From positions 4,560,001-4,592,000 of the forward strand of contig NC_010628.1 in the NCBI RefSeq assembly GCF_000020025.1: a stretch of 32,000 bases of DNA. The letters run 5' to 3'. The translations under genes were made by a program, and so were the position numbers. Positions 9,839 to 16,625 of this stretch are shown one piece after another. This DNA is from Nostoc punctiforme PCC 73102 (GTDB taxonomy: Bacteria; Cyanobacteriota; Cyanobacteriia; Cyanobacteriales; Nostocaceae). Within the stretch, counting starts at the first letter, position 1; the number at the start of each line of letters is the position of its first letter. Below the pieces are notes generated by a model, which was not told the origin of the DNA, did not search any database, and saw nothing but the letters and a program-made list of their open reading frames with translations.

Positions 9839-10687
9839 TATTAATAATGTTGATATAGAATGATTATTTGAAAATTATTTGTATGCAATGATTTGATTAT
9901 AAATGCTATTGGGAAGATTTAATAGTTAGAGCTTTGCGAGTTAAATTATTTAATTTTACGAGAATCTGAGTAGTTAGCAAATGGCGATTTTACACAGTAA
10001 TTGGTTACTAAAAAGTCAAAAAGGTTGTTTATTTATTTGGGGAGAAACTTGGCGATCGCCACGAGTTAATTTCGAGTCTAATGGATCTGGAGATATCCCA
10101 CTAAATCCATTGGCAATGACATCACTAGAGTTGAGCGAGTGGTTGGTTTCCCAGAAGATGGCCATTACCAACTTTATCCAGCAACCCCAAATTGCCATCG
10201 CTACTACTGGGCGAACACGTAAAGCAGCCACTGCCACTGAGATAAACTTACCAACGCATTCACAAATAATTGCCTTACCAACTTATATTCCCGAAGAGAG
10301 TGCAGAAGGAACATCTGCAATTTTCCCTGTGCATTCTGCCAGCTTGAGACTAGAAACAGACTCTCCGCAATATTTGCAACCGTGGCTAGTTGAGGGTTTT
10401 TGTCTTAACCCCAGCGAAGCAGTAAAATTTCTCGCTGCTGTTCCCCTGAATGCTGCTAAAGGGGAAGATGCTTTTTTAGGAGGAGATTTACGTTTTTGGT
10501 CGCAAGTTTCCCGATGGAGTTTAGATTTAATCTCGCGGTGTAAGTTTTTACCAAGAATTGAACGGCAATCAGACGGTGCATTTGCTGCTAAATGGCAAGT
10601 ACTTCTAGACAGTGCTGTAGATGGAACTCGCCTAGAAAAGTTTTCTGCGGATATGCCGTTGGTTTGCCGCACTTATCAGGAGGGAGT

Positions 10688-10760
10688 GGGGACTGGGGAC
10701 TGGGGACTGAGGACTGGGGAGGAGTTTTCCCAATCCCTAATCCCTAATTCCCAATCCCTA
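10688..10760. repeat. STRR-type heptamer array pair (G-rich arm GGGGACT x3-4, C-rich arm [A/T]AATCCC x4) inside the SNF2 CDS
   Basis: GGGGACTGGGGACTGGGGACTGAGGACTGGGGA is followed by the spacer GGAGTTTT and then CCCAATCCCTAATCCCTAATTCCCAATCCCTA. It is read through in frame as GTGDWGLRTGEEFSQSLIPNSQSL. The reverse complement of GGGGACT is a rotation of the CCCCAGT heptamer. Confidence 0.8.
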
Positions 10761-12818
10761 CTTTATGTAAACTTCCCTACTGAACCTCAAGAATTGTTGC
10801 TGGGATTTCTCAACAGTACGATAGATGCCCAAGTGCGAGGGATGGTGGGTTCTCAGCCTCCAATGGAAGCTAAGGCAATGGCATCTTTACCATCTGGGGT
10901 GCGGCAGTGGTTGCAAGGCTTGACTAGTACATCTGGTACAGTTAACGCAGATGCCATTGAAGTGGAACGACTGGAAGCGGCACTGAAGGCTTGGATGATG
11001 CCGCTACAATACCAATTAACTCTTAAAACTCTATTTCGTACCTGTTTTCAACTGCGTTCTCCAGAAGCTGGCGAAACAGATTGGACATTGGCGTATTTTC
11101 TGCAAGCGGCTGACGATCCTGATTTTTTGGTGGATGCGGCAACTATTTGGAACAATCCAGTTGAACGTTTGGTTTATGAAAATCGAACAATTGAGCAACC
11201 ACAGGAAACATTTTTGCGAGGTTTAGGGGTAGCTTCCCGATTATATCCAGCGATCGCACCCAGTTTTGAAACCGAATATCCCCAATCTTCTCGGATCACA
11301 CCCATGCAAGCTTATGAGTTTATCAAGGCTGTAGCTTGGAGGTTGGAAGACAGTGGTTTGGGGGTAATTTTGCCTCCTAGTTTAGCGAACCGCGAAGGAT
11401 GGGCAAATCGTTTGGGTTTGAAAATTACTGCTGAAACCCCAAAGAAAAAGCAGGGACGTTTAGGGTTGCAAAGTCTGCTGAATTTCCAATGGCAATTGGC
11501 AATTGGCGGACAGACTATTTCCAAAGCTGAGTTTGATAAACTTGTGGCTTTAAATAGTCCACTAGTGGAAATTAACGGTGAGTGGGTAGAATTGCGGCCC
11601 CAAGATATCAAGACAGCCCAAACATTTTTTACCACTCGCAAAGACCAAATGGCGCTTTCCTTGGAAGATGCCTTGCGTTTCAGTACAGGAGATACCCAGG
11701 TAATTGAAAAATTACCAGTGGTCAGCTTTGAGGCATCTGGGGCATTGCAAGAGTTGATTGGGGCGCTAAATAATAATCAAGCGATCGCACCTTTACCGAC
11801 ACCAGTAGGCTTTAAAGGACAGTTGCGACCTTATCAAGAACGTGGTGCTGCTTGGCTGTCCTTCTTGGAACGTTGGGGCTTAGGCGCGTGTCTCGCCGAC
11901 GATATGGGACTCGGTAAAACTATTCAGTTTATTGCTTTTTTGCTACATCTTAAAGAACAGGATGCACTAGAAAATTCAACACTGCTAGTTTGTCCAACTT
12001 CTGTTTTAGGCAACTGGGAAAGGGAAGTCAATAAATTTGCACCAAGCCTGAAAATTTTGCAATATCACGGTGACAAACGTCCAAAAGGGAAAGCGTTTTT
12101 AGAAGCAGTGAAAAATCACGATTTAATCGTTACCAGCTACTCACTGCTTCATCGGGATATCAAGTCATTGCAAAGTGTTCCTTGGCAGATAATTGTTTTA
12201 GACGAAGCCCAGAATGTGAAAAATCCAGAGGCGAAGCAGTCAAAAGCTGTGCGGCAATTAGAAGCTACATTTCGCATTGCATTAACGGGGACACCAGTAG
12301 AAAATAGACTGCAAGAACTATGGTCTATTTTGGATTTTCTCAATCCAGGGTATTTAGGTAATAAGCAATTTTTCCAGCGGCGGTTTGCCATGCCAATTGA
12401 AAAGTATGGTGATACGGCTTCTTTGGGTCAATTACGTTCATTAGTTCAGCCATTTATACTGCGGCGATTAAAAAGCGATCGCGAAATTATTCAAGACTTG
12501 CCAGATAAGCAAGAGATGACCGTATTTTGCGGTTTAACTGCCGACCAAGCTGCACTTTATCAACAAGTTGTAGAACAATCTTTAGTAGAGATAGAATCTG
12601 CTGAAGGATTGCAACGTCGGGGGATGATTTTGGCTTTGCTAATCAAACTGAAGCAAATCTGCAATCATCCAGCCCAATATTTGAAACAGGCGACATTAGA
12701 GCAACATAATTCAGCCAAACTTCTGCGGCTAGAAGAAATGTTAGAAGAAGTTTTAGCAGAAAGTGACCGGGCTTTAATCTTTACACAATTTGCAGAGTGG
12801 GGTAAGTTACTTAAACCC

Positions 12819-14000
12819 AAAAGTGTTGAATGTTAAGAAAAATCCGATAAAAACAGCCCAAAATATGTTAAATTTTGGGCGGAAGATTAAAGTATATCTA
12901 TTTAATAGTGATTATAAATTCATTTCCCAAGATTGTCAAAGATATCTTGAGAGGACTGCCAAAAAACGATTATCCAGTATTGAACAGTCGTCTGTTCTTT
13001 GAGTGCTGGTTATCTTATGCTATGGATAACAGCTTAACAAGTATGCGAGATTTATTTAACAGATTAAACAACACAGGATTTCCGGTAGATATTTCTACTT
13101 TCTCTAAAGCAAACTTACATCGAAGTCAAAAACCTTTTCAAGAAATTTACCAAAAATTAAATGAATTAGTACAGAAGAAAGTTCAAAAAAAGTTACATGA
13201 TAAATATGCAATTTGTCCAATAGATTCAACAATTATTACTCTCACAAGTAAATTGTTATGGGTACTAGGACACCATCAAGTAAAACTTTTCAGTTCTCTA
13301 AATTTAGCTACTGGAAGTCCATCAGATAACTTCATAAACTTTGGACATGACCATGACTATAAATTTGGTTGTAAAATGATGTCTAGTCTACCAAATAATG
13401 CTGTTGGTGTAATGGATAGAGGTTTTGCTGGATTAAAATTTATCCAAGAATTAGTCCAAGAAAACAAATACTTTGTTTTGCGGGTAAAAAACAATTGGAA
13501 GTTAGAATTTGAGGAGCAAACTGGATTAATTAAAGTTGGTGCATCTAATGATGCTCAAGCCTATAGAGTGATTAATTTTTGTGATTTAGAAACGAAAACT
13601 GAGTTTCGATTAGTAACCAATTTACCAACATTAGGAGAGGCTGCCGTTAGTGATTATGAAATCAGGGATATTTATCGATTGCGTTGGGGAGTTGAATTGT
13701 TGTGGAAGTTTTTGAAAATGCACTTAAAACTTGACAAGTTAATTACTAAAAATGTTAATGGTATCACCATACAAATTTACGTTACTTTAATAGCTTATCT
13801 AATTTTACAGATATTATCTGTACCACAACAATGGGGACATACGCTATTAGATAAATTCCGCTATTTACAATCTTGTATGTGTCAGAAAATAAGTTATGTT
13901 CATTGGTTTGAAGAGATGATGTCATGTTGACTATTTTAGGCTTTTTAGAGTTAGTGTAACTAGATATGTAAACTTTTGTATCAGCATTCAACATTTCTGA
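12819..14000 (+). mobile_element. IS4-family insertion sequence (~1.18 kb)
   Basis: Flanked by the direct repeat (A)CTTAAACCC at 12809/12810..12818 and 14000/14001..14009. It has imperfect terminal inverted repeats sharing TGTTGAATG (12824..12832; reverse complement at 13985..13993). It contains a single transposase ORF and no HIP1 site. Confidence 0.85.
12875..13930 (+). CDS. IS4-family DDE transposase
   Basis: 351-aa ORF. It has PIDSTIITL (first D), GVMDRGFAG (second D) and the YREK-type signature IYRLRWGVELLWKFLK. The track start is a TTG; a GTG at 12908 (MIINSFPK...) is an alternative. Confidence 0.85.
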   Translation: MGGRLKYIYLIVIINSFPKIVKDILRGLPKNDYPVLNSRLFFECWLSYAMDNSLTSMRDLFNRLNNTGFPVDISTFSKANLHRSQKPFQEIYQKLNELVQKKVQKKLHDKYAICPIDSTIITLTSKLLWVLGHHQVKLFSSLNLATGSPSDNFINFGHDHDYKFGCKMMSSLPNNAVGVMDRGFAGLKFIQELVQENKYFVLRVKNNWKLEFEEQTGLIKVGASNDAQAYRVINFCDLETKTEFRLVTNLPTLGEAAVSDYEIRDIYRLRWGVELLWKFLKMHLKLDKLITKNVNGITIQIYVTLIAYLILQILSVPQQWGHTLLDKFRYLQSCMCQKISYVHWFEEMMSC

Positions 14001-14555
14001 CTTAAACCCTATTTAGAAAAACAGCTTGGGCGAGAAATATTCTTTTTATATGGCAGTACCAGTAAAAAACAAAGGGAGGAAATGATCGATCGTTTCCAAC
14101 ACGACCCCCAAGGCCCCCCGATTATGATTCTTTCTCTGAAAGCAGGTGGAGTAGGACTGAATTTAACACGAGCAAATCATGTATTCCACTTTGATAGATG
14201 GTGGAATCCAGCCGTGGAAAATCAAGCCACAGATAGAGTATTTCGGATTGGTCAAACCCGGAATGTGCAAGTACATAAATTTGTTTGTACAGGCACTTTA
14301 GAAGAAAAAATTCATGACATGATTGAAAGTAAGAAACAATTAGCTGAACAAGTTGTAGGTGCTGGTGAAGAATGGTTGACTGAACTGGATACAGACCAAC
14401 TTCGCAACTTACTAATACTTGATCGCAGTGCAGTAATTGACGATGATGCAGAATAAGTTCTTAGTAAGGACTTTCGTCTTTGATTTTAGCGCTAAAGCGC
14501 TCACTACTAACCCGTCAAAATTAGCACAGCGCATTACTAAGCTTTTGAATTAATT

Positions 14556-15392
14556 ATGACTAATTACACATTACAAGCAAGTCGAGAATGGTGGTCACAA
14601 CAATGGCTAGATTTGCTAGATTCCTATCGCTTTAAAAAGCGTTTAGAACGTGCGAGAAATTATGCTCGTCAAGGAAATGTTCTGAGTATCGAATTTAAAG
14701 GTGCAAAAGTATTGGCTAGGGTGCAAGGCAGTGAAGTTGAACCTTATAAAGTTTCCCTTTCCCTTGAACCATTTACTGATGAACAGTGGGGTTATGTAAT
14801 TGAAACCATGTCCCAAAGAGCAATTTTTGCTGCAAAATTACTAGCAGGAGAAATGCCACAAAATATAGAAGAAGTATTCACGGCAAATGGTCTTTCGATA
14901 TTTCCTTTTACCCTTGCTGATGTCCAGAGTAAATGCTCTTGTCCTGATAAAGCAAATCCCTGTAAACATATTGGTGCCCTGTACTATCAGTTAGGCGATC
15001 GCTTCAGTGAAGACCCCTTTGTACTATTTCAATTGCGCGGACGCACTAAAGAGCAAATTATCAGCGATTTACGACAATTACGTAGTACCAAGATTCAACC
15101 TAACACCACAGAAACGCCCGATATTCAACAATCAATTCCTAATAACAAATACTCAGTGAAAATTGACTCTTTCTGGCAATATAATGAGCCACTAGAGTCA
15201 TCCTTGGTAGTGATTGCGCCGTCCACTAGTGAGATGGTATTAGATGTATTAGGAGCAATTCCTCTAGCGAAGGAAGAGGAAAATACAGTAAATTCAACTT
15301 CGAGTGATCTGGTAATGAAGTATTTAAATACAGTTTACAGAGATGTGAGTCAGAAGGCTTTTTTAGCAGCAATGAATGTGGGAGAAAGCTGA
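14556..15392 (+). CDS. SWIM zinc-finger protein (partner of the SNF2 helicase)
   Basis: 278 aa. The CxC...CxH SWIM signature is CSCPDKANPCKH, followed by IGALYYQL. The N-terminus WWSQQWLDLL...RLERARNYARQGNV is typical of the SNF2-associated SWIM family. Confidence 0.85.
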   Translation: MTNYTLQASREWWSQQWLDLLDSYRFKKRLERARNYARQGNVLSIEFKGAKVLARVQGSEVEPYKVSLSLEPFTDEQWGYVIETMSQRAIFAAKLLAGEMPQNIEEVFTANGLSIFPFTLADVQSKCSCPDKANPCKHIGALYYQLGDRFSEDPFVLFQLRGRTKEQIISDLRQLRSTKIQPNTTETPDIQQSIPNNKYSVKIDSFWQYNEPLESSLVVIAPSTSEMVLDVLGAIPLAKEEENTVNSTSSDLVMKYLNTVYRDVSQKAFLAAMNVGES

Positions 15393-15397
15393 TAATA

Positions 15398-15486
15398 ATT
15401 CGTAATGACGCGACGCTCCTGCGTCGCTAACGCTTCGCTATCGCGGACTCGCTACCGCTACGCTAACGTAATTCGTAATTCGTAAT
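15398..15486. repeat. AATTCGT heptamer array carrying a nested ~59-bp GC-rich mini-insert
   Basis: AATTCGTAAT | GACGCGACGCTCCTGCGTCGCTAACGCTTCGCTATCGCGGACTCGCTACCGCTACGCTAAC | GTAATTCGTAATTCGTAATT. The insert (15408..15466) contains the hairpin GCGACGC-TCCT-GCGTCGC. Confidence 0.6.
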
Positions 15487-15505
15487 TATGAACTAGGTTG
15501 GGTAG

Positions 15506-15709
15506 TTCAATATTTACCCACTTCCGCACTGCCTAACGAATTGTCCGTCTGCCATTTGCCCGATTTTTATCAATGAGTTTTGGCAGATATCGAATTGCTA
15601 AAGTAGGAAATACTAAACTGTTCTCTAACTCGACATATTCCCCATTTTGTAGGTGGTAAATCTTTAGTTCACTGGAGTCATAACACCAGAGTTCTGGTAC
15701 TCCCAGCGC
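15506..15709 (-). pseudogene. Uma2-family (DUF820) endonuclease, C-terminal remnant
   Basis: The minus strand from 15709 reads ALGVPELWCYDSSELKIYHLQNGEYVELENSLVFPTLAIRYLPKLIDKNRANGRRTIR*AVRKWV. The GVPE.W.YD...L.IY.LQNGEY...S..FP pattern is typical of the Uma2 C-terminus. There is an internal TAG at 15535..15533, and homology stops abruptly at 15709 where the repeat begins. Confidence 0.7.
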
Positions 15710-15845
15710 GAATTTCTCACAAACAATAAAAAATCAATTCACATCACTTGATACAAGACATTTTTTGATACATCATCAATTGAAATTTATGAGACTAAAC
15801 AAAGTAAGTATAAATTAGCAATTATCAGGCTTCAAGCAATCAAAA
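15707..15845 (+). repeat. ~140-bp repeat, copy 1 (left boundary of the island)
   Basis: AATTTCTCACAAACAATAAAAAATC (15711..15735) is identical to 19650..19674. The remainder aligns with 19675..19750 plus 21489..21528 at roughly 70-75% identity by eye, with small indels. Confidence 0.7.
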
Positions 15846-16001
15846 TTTTACACAGTAAAATCAACTCTTTACCCCTTTCAGTACCTCAAGCTTGCCCATA
15901 AACAATCATTTTTGGTGATGTTTTCATCTTCAGTTGACATCAAAACCACGGTTTGAAACAACGCTAAATCAATGGTTTCAACTCTTTGAAGTTACAAAAC
16001 T

Positions 16002-16278
16002 TTACAACGTGTCCCAATTTACACGTATCCCGGCTGTACCCCATACCCGCTTAACTTCTACATAATCATTGCCAGTCACGACATTATATATGTCTGGATT
16101 TGTCAAACGCTGCCACTCAGCAAAACCTATTCTGCTGGTGGAAATGTTTTAATAGCACGGTCATTAAATTACCATGCGTGACAATAATCGTAGTCTTAGT
16201 ATCGTACAACAAAATTTTATTTACTACTGCAACTGCCCGTTGCATTGCGGCACGACTTGATTCACCACCTAACTCTCG
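16002..16278 (-). pseudogene. Histidine phosphatase (phosphoglycerate mutase-like) family remnant: C-terminal part only, with a frameshift
   Basis: The minus strand reads RELGGESSRAAMQRAVAVVNKILLYDTKTTIIVTHGNLMTVLLKHFHQQN, matching the GGES...R...V.HG pattern. After a frameshift near 16120..16128 it continues GFAEWQRLTNPDIYNVVTGNDYVEVKRVWG...*. The N-terminal catalytic RHG part is absent. Confidence 0.6.
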
Positions 16279-16625
16279 AAAAAAAATCTGCAAGTATGAT
16301 TATGATTTTATTTTGAAGCTGAGAGGAAAGGAAAGACATTTACCTCTTGGGATATATGTTTACTGTACAAAAAACGCGAAACTGATATATAAAGATGTAG
16401 CGGAAGTGAGCTTTGAATCTTTTTTCTTTCGCCCTCTTTCCTATCTTCTCTCCAGTGAATTGTTAAGTTCGCCAACAGTATCCATAAGCTTTTTTCAATG
16501 TGAAAGCTATACCCAGATAGCATTATACTCTTTTTTTACCTTCGATTTTGTTTAAGTCCCGATATCGCTTTTAGTTTAAATTCCAACCGAAAACTTCTCA
16601 AAACGCTAAAACTCACAAAGAAAAA

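Larger units (their letters stand above)
9981..14456 (+). pseudogene. SNF2-family helicase (long N-terminal SNF2-associated region plus SNF2_N plus Helicase_C) interrupted by an IS4-family element
   Basis: Part 1 (9981..12818) carries DDMGLGKT (motif I), VLDEAQNVKN (motif II) and LTGTPVENRL (motif III). Part 2 (14010..14456) carries [42 protein letters not shown] (motifs V/VI). Removing 12819..14009 joins ...FAEWGKLLKP to [30 protein letters not shown]... in frame, giving 1094 aa. Confidence 0.9.

Noticed and set aside
10016-12391. Minus-strand ORFs (73-129 aa) inside the SNF2 gene
   Set aside because: They are antisense shadows of a CDS with clear helicase motifs.
12790-13002. 70-aa + ORF spanning the SNF2/IS junction
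   Set aside because: It crosses the IS boundary in a frame that matches neither the helicase nor the transposase, so it is an artefact of the insertion.
12819-14000. Possibility that the element interrupting the SNF2 gene is a developmentally excised element like the heterocyst nifD/fdxN/hupL elements
   Set aside because: It encodes a DDE IS4-type transposase rather than a XisA/XisF-type site-specific recombinase. It is only 1.2 kb and has IS-style inverted ends with a 9-10 bp target duplication.
16100-16555. 151-aa + ORF upstream of the 821-aa gene
   Set aside because: It has an odd composition and no motifs. The same DNA reads on the opposite strand as a histidine-phosphatase remnant, and the rest is AT-rich promoter-like sequence.
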